Source of the DNA: Guillardia theta CCMP2712
Lineage: Eukaryota; Protista; Cryptophyta
Length of the DNA stretch: 64,000 nucleotides
Direction of reading: 5' to 3'
Assembly: GCF_000315625.1 (NCBI RefSeq)
Contig: NW_005434669.1
Location: 1-64,000 of the forward strand
The notes below the pieces were generated by a model, which searched no databases, was not told where the DNA came from, and saw only the letters and a program-made list of their open reading frames with translations. Made by a program: the position numbers and the translations under genes. This document shows, piece by piece, positions 24,225 through 36,993 of the stretch; within the stretch, counting starts at the first letter, position 1; each line of letters starts with the position of its first letter.

Positions 24225-26142
24225 ATGGCAGGTTGTCAAAATTAATCTTGATTCTTGTCTTATCTGTGACTGTTACTGCACAGATGCAGATAAAGAAGCA
24301 GAACTCGCTGCTTTGCAGCGCAGCTACAGGATGATGGAGACTGATCGGCAGCGTTATTCTGAGGAGTCCCAAAACATCATAAAGCGGCAAAGACAGGCAA
24401 GAATTTGTTGATCCGGAGTCAAGTTTTCTAATAGAACCTATCAATCAAGGCGATTGAGAAAATCAAGAAGGAAAATGAAAGGTTGAAGGAGCAGCTGTCA
24501 TCGGAAGCACAGCAAAATACGAATGAAAACGGGCATGCCATTTCATTTATTGCGAGTGAGTACCTCCTTCCTTGGTAACACCCAGACTGACAAGGCTATC
24601 TGTTGCAGGCTTGCAGGATACAGTTGAAAAGTATCAGAGAAAGATTGACTTGGAAAAACGTCGACTCGAAGATTTTGAGAAACAAACTAAAGTCCTCACA
24701 GCCAAAATGCTGGACATGCAATCATCACGCGGAGGGGTCAATGCTTGCAAAGAAGTCGATCGATCTGTACAAAAACAAATAAGAGTGCTTGAAAATCGAC
24801 TTGACAAGGCCCTGATCAAGTTCAATGAAGCGCTAGCATATAACAAGAAGTTGAGAGAGGAGATCGACAACTTGAGGCGTGAAAGAGTCATTTTTGATCA
24901 AATCAATGCAAAACTAGCCAAAGAACTTCATGAGAAGAAGAAAGAAATGGCCCAAATCATTGAAATTTCAAACATCGCCTATGAGGCTCGTGATCAGGCA
25001 CAAAATGAGATGTCGCTCTTGAAAGCCCACGCCGACAAAGAACAAGCTCAATTCGAACAGGAATGGAGAGAGCTTGGAAGAGTTCTGGAACAGGACAGGA
25101 GGCTGAAAGAAAGAATGGCCGGGCAGGAAAGAAGTCGAAGTGCTGAGGACGACAGTGCAGCTCTGCGCAAAACGCTGGTCCGAGGCAGCTGGAACACAGC
25201 CAAGGACAAAGCAGCTCAAAAAGCCAATCTTGATCGCGCTCAAAGCTTTGAGGAAGCTTTCAACGAGATAAAGAATGCGACTGGCATCGACAATATCGAC
25301 GAGCTTGTTCAAACGTAATCATTTTTTCAAGCAATGAAGTCTTGTAGCTCACTTTGACTTTTCAGGTTCATCGATGCTGAAGATCAAAATTTCTCTCTAT
25401 TCAACTACGTGAACGAATTGAATAATGAGATCGAGAAGCTGGAAGAGCAGATTGCTGACATCAAGACAGAAATTGAAAAATACAAGGGACAAGGTGGCCA
25501 GAATGATCGCCAGAGGAAGAAATTACTCAAGGACCTCGAAGACCGTCTTGCCAGCACGGAGGCGAGAGCAGAACAATACGAAGCAAAGGCTCTCAAAGCT
25601 GCCAAGACTGTCAGCCAGCTGGAGCAAGGCATTCAAAGCATATTCAACAAGATCGGATGTGACAAAGCAGCTCTGAGTGACATGCTGGGTACCACCGGAG
25701 TCACGGAGTCCAATATGATGCAGTAGGACAATACTTGATGAAGAGCGCGAGAGTTGATCTGCTTGCCAGGTACCTTGGGATCATCGAGCAGCGGACCAAC
25801 GAACTGCTTCAAATCTATCAGAAGACTTCGAAAGACAAGGAAGGATCTGGAGATGTCGTGGCTGTCTTTGGCCAAGGACCTGCCGCCCCAGCAGGAAGCA
25901 CAGTAATCAACATCGACCCTCCAGTGATCGGCGACGAAGATGAAACGGAGGAAGAGAGTGATGAAGATGTAATCAAAAACTTGTGAGAGAACTCCCTTTA
26001 ACAAGATCGTTTTTTACAGGAGGAAAGACCATTGAGTCGCGATGAGTTGAAGGCTAAAACGCTAAGGGGATTGACCAAGAGAGAAGGACAGCAGTTGTCT
26101 AAGCAGCAAAAGCGAAAGATGCGCAGAGAGAAAGCCAAGTAA
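24225..26142 (+). CDS. ODAD1: Outer dynein arm docking complex subunit DC2 (ODA1/CCDC114/CCDC63 family)
   Basis: KQIRVLENRLDKALIKFNEALAYNKKLREEIDNLRRER, FIDAEDQNFSLFNYVNELNNEIEKLE, GVTESNMMQYLGIIEQRTNELL. Confidence 0.9.
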
Positions 26143-26163
26143 TTTGAGGAGGAGGAAACATGA

Positions 26164-27789
26164 TTATTTCTCGGGTACATCTAGACGAGAACATGCAATG
26201 TCTAGACCCGCTTCCTGTGTTTCACAAGAGTGAGATCCAAGATGAAAAATATGAATCATACACCTGATCCGATTTCGCGCGAGTATTCAAGGAACAAAGC
26301 TTCATGCATGGATGTTTGAACGCTGTGGACATAAGAAATAAATGTTGATCATCATCAGCACGCAATGCTTTTCTCACCTTCATCATCCTCGAGCGGTGGG
26401 GGAGTTGCTCCAAACACAAACGCTGCGAAATCGTCAACCAAAGTGAAGAATCAAAATCTTTGTGTACTGCAGCCAAGAGTTTCATAGTCAGGAATCATCG
26501 TAAGTGGTAGTCCAATGTCGTTGGTGAAGAAATTCTACTGCATCATGAGTTTGCTTTCCTCTGCATTCTTCCATTCACCTGAGTTGGAACCTTGCAGACA
26601 TTGCAGCAGACTGATACGCAATTGGTTTGCTCTAGAACTCGACATCGAGTTATTTGCACCCCTTGGCCAGCTCCCTTCTGTTCATTCTCAGCAAAAAATA
26701 TGTCTTGCTTGCCTTTCTCACCTCCTTCCGCCAGTTTCCTCCCACCAGGAATCCAGGAACCCAGCCGACAGGGTCGTTTCCCCACTTTTCTTTGCCCTAG
26801 AAGCAAACGCTAAAGAGAGGAAAAGGGAAGGCCAATGGAAGACCTCTTGCACAGGATCCAGCAAATCTTGGTCTACGTCGACAACCTTGCTTTCACCTTC
26901 CCATGATATCAAAAGGTTTCATCATACCATCTGTGTTCTCACCAACTAACCAGCGGGTCAAGAAGACTGTTGACACCTTCACATAAATCAATCTACGCTC
27001 AATCATATCTTGACTGCTACAGCTGCATGACGAGCATCAAACCAGAGGGGAAACAAGCGAAGAAAGGATCCGAATGCTGCGGTGAGGTCACAAGAGCAAC
27101 AGAAATCAATGAAATCACCTCGAGGGAACCAAGAAGGGAAAGAATCTCTCAACAACCTCAAAGTCAATTCTTGGGTTTGCGAGCTACGAAACGTTCAATC
27201 GACTGTCACCATGAAACACAAGAGGATCAACCCTTTTCTTCTCGCTAGTCGCCCAGCAGATTCAATCATCTTGTCATATTCCTTCGCACCCTTCAAGTCA
27301 CCCTCATGCTTTGACTCTCGCTCACGCTCGGATCTATAAGATGTAAACTTGAGATGGAGCGATGACGAGTGTTTGCTACCTGTCACCATCTGCAGAGTTC
27401 TGAAGAACACGAGTGATGCGGTACTCCATGTAACTGCAGGGAACAACACATCAGAGATTGAAAGGTATGAGATGATTTTGCTTTACCTTTGCAGCTTTCG
27501 ATCAAGCCAGCTGTCTTTGTACTCCACTGGCGTAATTTTTGAAGTCTCGCTCGTCTTGACCTCGGCTCTCATGCGCGCCAGCTTCCATGGATAAGAGCTT
27601 CTCAGATGACCTGCAGGCTCGTCAAACTTGATGGCGTCGCAAACGTTGCTCACATGGCGCGAGTTTCCCCGAATAGCCGAGTGACGGTCTCGTTGGCGAC
27701 ACAGGGGAAATAATGAAGGAGCGCACAGGATAAGAACAAGTCACAGCCAGACCGAGCGTAAATATAATAGAAGAAGTTGAAGGAAGCAT
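26164..27789 (-). CDS. D27-like beta-carotene isomerase family protein (DUF4033), predicted plastid-targeted, multi-exon
   Basis: RWLVG, VQITRCRVLEQTNCVSVCCNVCKVPTQ, FFTNDIGLPLTMIPDYETLGC, FGATPPP. N-terminal signal ending VRS-F, followed by an S/P/R-rich transit-like peptide. Confidence 0.85.
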
Positions 27790-27936
27790 GGGGGTAGGAG
27801 CTTCCCTACAAACAATCAACCACGAGCTTCTCAGCAACTATGTCGCTACTCTCAGCTCGCTCTCTTCGTCAGCTTGACCATCAGCCCTGGTTTCCTCCTC
27901 CGTCAAGTTCCCCTGAGCCTTCGCGTCAGTGTTTGA

Positions 27937-27957
27937 CTCCTCCTCCTCCTCCTCCTT

Positions 27958-27995
<38 letters not shown>
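27937..27995. repeat. (CCT)n / (CAT)n microsatellite
   Basis: Read directly. Confidence 0.9.
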
Positions 27996-27996
<1 letters not shown>

Positions 27997-28149
27997 TCAG
28001 CTCTAAGGACTGGCACCTTCCAGCCACGTCAGCATCCTGAACGCTCAGCTCCCTCTCACTTCTGTCCTTCTGTTCTATCTGCCTCCAAGGCTAATTCGTC
28101 TAGCTCCCCAACGTCCTACCTCCTGCCAGTCCTGTTTCTCGACCATCTT

Positions 28150-28381
28150 CCCTTGACATCGCTCAGTCACATGTTACCCTCCCTTGACATCGCTCAGTCA
28201 CATGTTGTTACCCTCCCTTGACATCGCTCAGTCACATGTTGTGACCCTCCCTTGACATCGCTCAGTCACATGTTACCCTCCCTTGACATCGCTCAGTCAC
28301 ATGTTACCCTCCCTTGACATCGCTCAGTCACATGTTGTGACCCTCCCTTGACATCGCTCAGTCACATGTTGTTACCCTCCC
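28150..28381. repeat. 31-34 bp tandem repeat (CCCTTGACATCGCTCAGTCACATGTT[GTT/GTG]ACCCT) x7
   Basis: Read directly. Confidence 0.9.
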
Positions 28382-29446
28382 TCTCATCTGCTGCCCCTCG
28401 TTCCATTTCTCCCTCATTCCTCCATGACACTCGTTTTATGGGACGCTGCCTGGAGCAGGGGTTGTCACAAACTAGTATCCCAGGGGGGTAGGGTGGAAGC
28501 ATTCTTTTACAGTTGTTTTTTTCAAAACAAAAAGAAACAAAAAATCGAAACCACAAGTCTGTATGCAGGCCAGGCCTGAAGCCCAACCGCGACGGCAGCC
28601 ATGAAGATCAACTTGTCGCAACTCCCAACACCTCCAGTTCTCATTCATATGCACATGACAATGTCTTCAACTTTCATAGTCTTCGCTGTTTGCTCGACTT
28701 CATGCGGTGCGTGACGGGAAAAAGGGGGAAAGCGATTAACAACTTAGCGGGGCCTGCTGAAATTAGTAAGCAGCGTCCAGGGTACGAATTAAAGCTCTGC
28801 GTTAGATCAGGAGTTGCGTCAACAACACTTGGCTTAACTTCAGAATCTCACCAGTCATCACAAGAAGATAAGGCAAATTGAAGCCAATTGATCTTGAGCT
28901 GATGACAACGATTGAAGACGGGTTTCTTTGCTATCAGCAACACGAATTTTGAATTTAATCAGGGGTCTTGCCTCAGTTATTTTCCCAGTTTGATTCACAC
29001 ATGGAGATCCTAATTGATCAAACATCTCATCGCTTTCCTGGAAGATTCTCTGCCTGTCTTTAGCTCACATACATGCCTTCCTCATCTCATCTCACATGCC
29101 TCTGCTCCTCTGCTCCTCTGCTCTGCATCCCCTCGCCCGCTGCTTCATCCTGCTCCCTTCCTCTCGCCCCCTCGCCCTTGTCCTCCCGTCGTTTCCTCCC
29201 TCCCCCAAACCCCATGACCCATGAGATCCTTTGCTAGAAACTCTCACCCACCCCTTGGACAAGCACACAGGGTAGAAACAGGGGGTAGGGTGGTGGTTGA
29301 ACGCGCCAGATGCGAGGTATGCCAGCAGCTTCTCACCAGGAGGGGACGGGAAGGAGAGGAGGAGCAAGGAGCATGCTACTGGCTCATCAGGGCATTGACC
29401 AGGTGGTGATGGCGGATGCTTGACTGACAGGCGCAACAGTGAGCGC

Positions 29447-32024
29447 ATGGCAGTCGCAATGCTGAGCATCGACGTCGGGTCCTCTCAAACCCGCCTGGCT
29501 CTGATGGACAAGGCGCGCTCGTGGCCTCGCCATCTTGAGCCTCTGGGAGAAAAGAGCATCCTGTCAGTGCTCTATCACGAGCCTCCTGCCAATCGCTATG
29601 GACGTGCCGCGCTCACTCGACCTGCGAGGAACTGCGGGAGGGTCCTCAGGGACTTTCCCCGTATCCTTTTGGCGGACAGCATGGGGAAGACGAGCCAAGA
29701 CAAGTACAGCAGCTACACACTCAAGGTTGAAGGCAGTCGCAGCAGCTACCTCGTAGGGCAGGACGAGGTCTCCATGGAAGAAGTTCTGCAGGAGTTCTTG
29801 ACCGCTGTGTTGGCCGAAGTTCCTTCGCTCACCGACGAGGAGCTGAAAGGAATCATCCTGCCTGTCCCCGACGCTCTCACAACAGAAGCAAGGGAGACGT
29901 GTGCACGAGCCGCACAGAAGGCTATCGATGCATGCGGCTTCACGAGGAGAAGCGAACTCAACGAAGTCGCTGTCACCTTGGTGCCTTGCTCCTTGGGCCC
30001 TGCCATACTTTTTGCAGCGCAGCAAGAGGAGAAGGAGAATGTAGCTCCCTTCATCATCTTGGATCTTGGAGGTGGCAAACTCACGTGCGCTGCGTACGAA
30101 GTTGTTGCTGGAAAGATCAGGTATGTGATGATGATGAGGATAATGATGGATGACGGAGATGGAGATAGCATTTGTGATCGAGAAGATAATCAAGCCGATG
30201 ATGATGACGAAGATCATCATCAGATCGTAGGATCGTGATGGAGGCGGTTTTTAGTAGTGTTTGTGTCAATAGTGACTATATGGACGATGATGAAGTAATG
30301 ACGGTGGTTGTGCTATTCATGTGGTGAGGCAATTATTCAACTAGCACACTTAATCTTTTTGACATGTCTGTGACTTGTACTGTTTTTTGATTTATCAAGT
30401 ACTTGCTCGTTTGAGCGTTCTTTCTCTTTCAATCTGTTCACTACCGTCGTCACAGATTGCTTGCAACGAAGACTTGCCCAAGTCTGGGAGGAGTTGACAT
30501 CGAGAACAAAGTGATGGAATGGATTTCAGTTAGCGAGCCTTTCGTTCACGACTGCGGCTGACTTTGATCAGAGCCAACTGAATTTTCCCTTCATGGATAG
30601 TGCTACTGCCAAGTTCAAAATAAGAAAGGTGAAGACGATGCTGATGTAGCAAGAGCTGTGCAGTCACTTGGTGCAAAGGCTGTCGGGCCGGCGGTTCGCG
30701 ATCTCACAGTTGCAGACATGGTAGAGATTGAGTCCGAAAACATTATGGGAAAGGTACAAACAAGTTACCTGCTGCTCTGACGAACCATGAAGATGACATA
30801 TTTTTGCAGGATGTCTCAATTGAGCTTTCAAAGTGTCAGTTCATGGAGATAACTAGTGATGTTGCTGAGCAGGTAAATGTTTTTAGCAGAGCACTGGATT
30901 TTTCGGATAAATTTGTGTCAGGTTGTTCTTCATGTGAAGGACCTGATTGGACAAATTGAGAATTTTCCTGACGAGGTAAATCAAGGAAAGTCTTTGGAAA
31001 GATGAATGGCTGAGCACATCGCCAGGGGGGGAGGATCATCCTGCTGGGTGGTAGCTCGAGAGTTCCGCTGATAGAATCTAGTGAGTTTTCTGCGTTCACC
31101 CTTCTTTCCTCACTATTTCCTCAAGGTGTTGAGAGACTTTGGGCCTCAGCCAGCGATGAGGACGTAGACAATTTGGAGGGGCGGCATGAGAGTGCAGTCG
31201 GGAAAGATCAGAGAAAGCCTGGACGAATCCTCTCGGTTGACAAAACACTTCACAGAGAGAACAGTGTTTCAATCGGATCAGGCGCCTGCTTCTAGGCATC
31301 CTCATCCTACCTTGACTTGTCTCCTGCAGTTTTAGCCTCTCTGATTTGGAAGGAGTCGCACTGGAGAGCCTTTAATGAATGTGATCGAAGACTTCACAAG
31401 TTCGAAGAAGATGTTCGTGACGCAATCTTCACCTTGTGTGACAACAAAAGGCAGGCAAGTAGAGGAGAGTGTGGAAATGCAGCATGTTTGAAATTGATTC
31501 GTCCAGTCTGCACTCCAGCACATCTTGAAGGAGACTGAACTAAATGAGGTGTCCTTCGGTTCTTCGAATGCCAATAGTTGTTCACTTTGTGCTGTGCAGT
31601 CTCAAAGCAGCGAATCATTAGAACGTGCCGTCCATGATGGACCTCTGGGTGAGAAGGGCGGGTGCGTCGACAATGCCGAGCAGGTTCAAGCGAACCTCTT
31701 AATAACAAAGTGGTGGAAACGTCTCTCGAGACACAGGAGATGGCAGCAAATCCGTCAGGTCAACAACCATGCGATCTTTTCAACTTCTGACAAGATCTCA
31801 GCTCATCAAGCATGACGAGGTTCTTCTCCGGTTTGCGCAAGAGCAGCTGCACGTGGATCTCGGAGATCGAGAGCTTCAAGTACGTGACTTCTCCTAAGAT
31901 GGCACCCTTGCGACGTGACGTCAACCAGGTGCTCGAGAACAAGCTGCTGGACCCTTTCTTCAAGGAATCGCTTCTGCGATGGGAAGGAGACGACCCTCGA
32001 GGAGCTGACAGAAGTTGTTCTTAA
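29447..32024 (+). CDS. Divergent Hsp70-like (actin-like ATPase fold) protein, multi-exon
   Basis: SIDVGSS (phosphate-1 like), ILPVP, ILDLGGGKL (phosphate-2 like), LGGVDIE, IILLGGSSRVPLI. The 3' end is uncertain. Confidence 0.6.
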
Positions 32025-33049
32025 AAAAATGTTCTTAAGAGGCTCTAGGCCTCCGCCTTGTATAGAAAATCAATAGAGATAATAGAAGCAAAACGAGAGG
32101 CCTTCTTTAGGTGTTTACTGTAAACGATAGAACTAAGAATATACATATACACAGCTAGCACAAGATCTCGATAGATCTGAGCAGCATATTCTCTGAATTT
32201 GCTATACACATGCAATCGTATCCAAGCAGGTGACTCTTCAATGCCTCACAAAGTTGCCGGCTTGATCGATCGAGGGCGAATCTGGATCTTGAAACATGAA
32301 TCGAACCAACCGGTATCCGCCGTCAACTACAATCATTCCCTCTGAAGTGATAGACGAAGCGTAGCAGGATGGAGCGATTTCGTTACCATGTTTTCTACTC
32401 CTTTGCAATTGTTTGAAGATGAAAATGGAAGTGTAGTCGTTGAAGACATCACAATCAATCGGTTCTTCCACCTCGAGTCCTGCTGGATGATTCTTCACCT
32501 TCAAGCCAGATCGGACACACATGTCTGCAATTTTGGTACAAGACGAAGATCTAGACAGGCACTTGCCGCGCTTTTCGAACATGCATGAAGATATCTGTAG
32601 TGTGGACATTTCTGTGGAAAGGCTCTCAATGATACTATGAGCCCTCCTTCGACTGGCGATGATCGTAATGATTGTTTATGAATTGCAGACGAATGAGTTC
32701 GTCTGCTTTGTTGTGCACGCAAGCTTCTCCCTGGTTCCCCTCCCTTCTAGTTCCTTGACCTCTGCCTCGCTCAGTGCACTTTGTATCCTGTCTGCCGCTT
32801 GCAAAAGGCCTTTAGGGCAAATGCAATGAAAGGAGGGGTCATTTTAAGCGTTGAAAATAGGGTATGCGCCCATATAGGGTGGGCCCAAACCGGGGGCTGC
32901 TGACAGGAGTTGAAAACTGAGCGAACACATCAGACATTGAAACGTTTCGAATCTTCATGCGTCCTCCACATTGACGAAATAAGTCATTTTCGATACAGAT
33001 AGGGCTCAGATCACGACTTCCTCGTGACTGTTTACCACAAAAACATGGT

Positions 33050-33960
33050 TTTAAATTGAACACGTCGCCTGTAAAGACCGAGGGGTAGTCGGACAAAGTA
33101 TCTTTTAAGAGAGTGGGTGGGGTGATGCTGGGTGTGGTGAGCTGATTATTTTATCCTGGTAGCTAGGGGGGTAGGGGTATGAATACTCCAGCGATATAGG
33201 TGGGTACTAGAGATGACAAAAGTGTCGCAGAAGAAAGGGAGAAGGGGGCGAATTGGCCCCAGATATCAAAGGTGCTCTTCTTCAAGGCGCTATTATTGAA
33301 GTTTAGCTTGGGTTTAGCTTAGGTTTAGCTTGGGTTAAAGTTTAGTAGTCCGACGGTCACTGCAAGATTCAATTGGACCGTCACAAGTTGAGATTTTAGT
33401 GACGAGTATCACCAGGGTCAAGCCGCGCCCCCTCGCCTCTCCTGATAGTCCTCGTACCGTACTACGGTACTGATTTTTAACTTAACCTTGAGTAAAGCAT
33501 CAGCCCAGTGAGGCCGCGTGGCCGTGAGTTATTTTTTAAAACCTCGGCCGGGGCGGCCGGCCGAGAGTAAGCGCCGCGTGTACCGTCGCCGCGGACGGAC
33601 GGTGCGGCGCACCTGCCAGGCCGCGTAGTAGGCCGGGCCGATCGGATCCGGGGCCCGGGGCCGGCCCGGGCGCCGTGGCCGCGGGACTCCTCGGTTGACT
33701 GATTGGACAATCTCAGCGGCCACCGAACTTGACTTAACCGCGGGCCGCCCACCGTCACTGTCACGGTGCCCGACCGCGCCGCGAGTCCGATCGGACACGG
33801 TCCGACGGTCACCCGGCGGGTCCGTCGGCAGTTCTGAGTTCCGACTCACGGCTCGGACCCTTGAACTCGGAACGCCGTCACGGACGGTCCGCCGGTCCGC
33901 CGGTCCGGGTTGCTCAGCCGGGCCGGTCAGTGTCGGCGGGCCTCTAGCTTTACCTAAAAC
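33050..33960. repeat. GC/palindrome-rich intergenic island, dispersed-repeat member
   Basis: Shares a ~45-bp block with 14397-14437; contains TTAACTTAA and TTGAGTAAA; followed by an AT-rich stretch at 33960-34130. Confidence 0.6.
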
Positions 33961-35319
33961 TATATAGAAATAAAACCTCTAAAATATGTAGAAATGTGTA
34001 CAACATCTAGGTAATAGTTGCATATGAATTATTTTGATAGTATTTACAATATATAATACTTGTATACATTGAATATTGAATATTGAATATTACTTTAAAT
34101 CACTACATTCTATTTTATAAAAATATTCCTCGCATACAAAGTGCGCTTCCATGCAGCTGTCTGGGATGGGCTTGCTTCTGTACCTGACGCTGCTCTCTTG
34201 CGGCTCGTGTCAAGTTGTGGCCGATGGCTATGCTGTTATACGCGGCACTTGCGTCTGCGTCCTCTCTCCTGCTGTGTTTCAACATGCTCTTGAGATGTCT
34301 TCAACACTCTGGCCCATCAATGCTTGATTTACCCTGAACTTTTTCCTGCTCTACTTCACTTTGATTTTTCTTTCACTTTGATGACACCATCCCCTCTCGC
34401 ACTCAACCATTGCTTGACTCAACCGCCATGCTATCGAGTCAAATACTCGCTATCGGCTTTAGAATTTTTCTAGTTTGTGTTAGACTCCCTTTGTAAACAA
34501 CATCCCGCACACTGTCACATGAAAGGTTATGTCAAGCAGTGACTATCATCACCCTGCAGGCTCTACGTACAAACACTCATGGTTGCTCAGAGGTGAGAAT
34601 TTATACATCAATCAGCGATATGCTGATGCTTCATGGCAGTTTGTTGTCTCCACGGCAAGTGCAGACGTCCCTTGCAACTCCTTTGCTAGGTGACGAATAC
34701 GTTCAATCGAGCTGGCATTCCGACCAGCGTTCTGTTGAGGTAATCATCTCTGTGTGAAGGAGCTGCATTGACAGGTCGTAGGCCATTCCCTGCGCCGCAG
34801 ATGAGAATGCTACACTTGCGCTGCCATTCCCAGATGTAGTGCTGATGTTTTTCTAGACATGATTCACTCATGATCTCGATTGCAGCCTCATGAGCTGAAT
34901 AAGATACGCTCGATGGAAAAACATCTCTTTGAAGTTGGGTGGAGCACACCTCTGGTCGAGACGCTCTTGCGCTGAAAAAATGTTGCTTGTTTACCTGCAT
35001 GTACAGAAAGTGCCTCAAGGGATGAAAGTGAAATGCGTCAATTGCGAATCTTGGTTCTCAGCCTCCGACAATGCAGTAGAAGCGAAGGTGTACTGACTTG
35101 TGTGGCTGCGGTGGTTTTGAAGCTTGTTTAGGCTGCGGACCAGAGCGTTCATGATGCATGTGTCATTGAAGATCCCAACTACAAGCACAGGTAAATTGAA
35201 TCTCGACATTCCCTCTGAACTTTCTAAGTCTTTAATCTCAGCAGACAAGTTTGCTGTCAGTTCCATCCAGGAGTCTATCGACGGAGCGGAGTCACTGTAG
35301 CCACGGGGGTTAGGACGGG

Positions 35320-36785
35320 ATGGTCGTGCTGCAGACAGATCTCGGAGGTTGAATTTCCTCCTCCCAACCGTTTCTAACGAGTTTGACTAGTCTGCGCTGG
35401 GATGCAAAAGGCTTCCCTACCATACTGAGGACCCTGCCACTACTGCCTTGCTTCTTGCATTCTCTCAGGTGCGAAGCGGATAGACCATGATCGTCCTGCT
35501 TGCCCCAGTGACTGCTTTCCTGCCCCTCTGCACTCTTTCCCTTCCACATCTCTTCCTTAGTCAGTCCCCCCCTCCTTGACATGACTCGGCATGATCTGCG
35601 AACAGAACGAGGGTCCGACGTCTGAGGCTAGTGCAGAGCTTGAGCGAAGACTAGGTGCGTTTTGCTGACCTCCTGCAAGTCGATCGTGTGCTTCTGCTCA
35701 TCGATTGCACAGTTGAGGCCGAGAAGAATCTACAAGAAGCCTCGGAGGAGGACTCTAAGAGCATCTACCCGTCAGCTCCTCTGCCTTATCGTCCTGCCTC
35801 TAACTTCCGTCTGCAGGAGCCTCGAGACTTGCATGCAGCGGTAAGGCGAGCTGACACTCGTCGGTGTTTCTGAGAAACCACCAGGCGGCTTCCTGGAAAC
35901 GGAGAGTATGAGATGGACGAGCACGGGAATATTGTTCATTACGTCCGGTAAGATTGGTGGAAGAATGCTCGTGATGAATGTCGGCTGCAGACCTTCCGAC
36001 ACGATTCAAGGGCTTTCTCTCAAGTACGGAGTCTCGACACAGGTGATCCTCCTCCTCCTCCTCCTCCTCCTCCTCCTCCTCCTGTCTTTCCTTCTAGTTC
36101 TCTGATTTCAACTCCCAGAGGATCAAGGAGGTGAATGGCGTCCTCGGATTCTCTATCGTCCAGTACAGCACTCTGCTCATCCCGCCGAGGTCAGGAGGGC
36201 GAGGTATCGCAGCCACCATGTCATGACTGCTCCTCTAGCGAATCGGGAAAGTGCATCAAGCGGAAGCCCAAGGACGTTCGATCGTGCGGAACACGGGTCA
36301 AGTGAGCCCCCACTCACCTTCTCCTGCTGGTCCTGACTTGGTGTGAGCAATGTGCTGGAAACCCTCGAAGCCGCCGATGCTGAGGGCGTCAAGGTAGCTC
36401 CGTCTGCCTGTCCTGCATTGCTCGTCAAGTCTGCCGCTGCAGGATCGCCTCCTATCTCATCTTCATCGCCGTATGTGTGCACTAGGCGCAACGTCGCAGG
36501 AGGAGGCGAAGGTGAAGGCGATGATGGGCGACAGGCATGACTGGAGCTTGCAGGCGTACCTCTCGCTTGCCAACAACGACGTAGAGGTAGCGGTCAAGAT
36601 GTACCAGGAGGACCTAGCGGTGCTTGTCTCGGTCTGTCCTGCTTGTCTGGAGCCTGACTTCTGGCCAGTGGGAGAAGCAGGGAGGCAGCGCGACCAAGTT
36701 CCCCGGCACCCCGTCGTGCATCCAGGACATGACGACGAGGAAGTCGTTCTTCAACAAGCTGAGCTCCAAGCTGAGGTGCTGCTGA
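35320..36785 (+). CDS. LysM-domain protein with UBA-like C-terminal helices, multi-exon
   Basis: CRPSDTIQGLSLKYGVSTQ/IKEVN..TLLIP (LysM); AYLSLANNDVEVAVKMY. The start is uncertain. Confidence 0.65.
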
Positions 36786-36851
36786 GAGTGTCGCGCCATG
36801 GCTGACCGCAAGCAGGAGCAAGCAGATCTACTGAAGTGATAGAGACAGCTG

Positions 36852-36930
36852 TTTAATTCTTTCTTGTGCTTGTTAATTCTTTCTTGCGCTTGTTAATTCT
36901 TTCTTGCGCTTGTTAATTCTTTCTTGTGTT
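36852..36930. repeat. 20-bp tandem repeat (GTTAATTCTTTCTTGCGCTT) x4
   Basis: Read directly. Confidence 0.85.
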
Positions 36931-36993
36931 TGTTGTGAGCGGTCTATGGCAGACGGCTCTTCTGCTTGCTGCTTGTGTTTATCAATACACAGC

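Noticed and set aside
28150-28381. CRISPR-like 31-34 bp repeats
   Set aside because: Head-to-tail minisatellite with no unique spacers.
33477-33967. Arg/Pro/Gly-rich ORFs in GC islands (also 14.0-14.6 and 23.3-24.0 kb)
   Set aside because: Stop-poor GC-rich non-coding DNA with no domain signal.
32238-35266. Possible small genes at 32.2-32.8 and 34.1-35.3 kb
   Set aside because: Short ORFs with no recognisable motif; I could not build a supported gene model.
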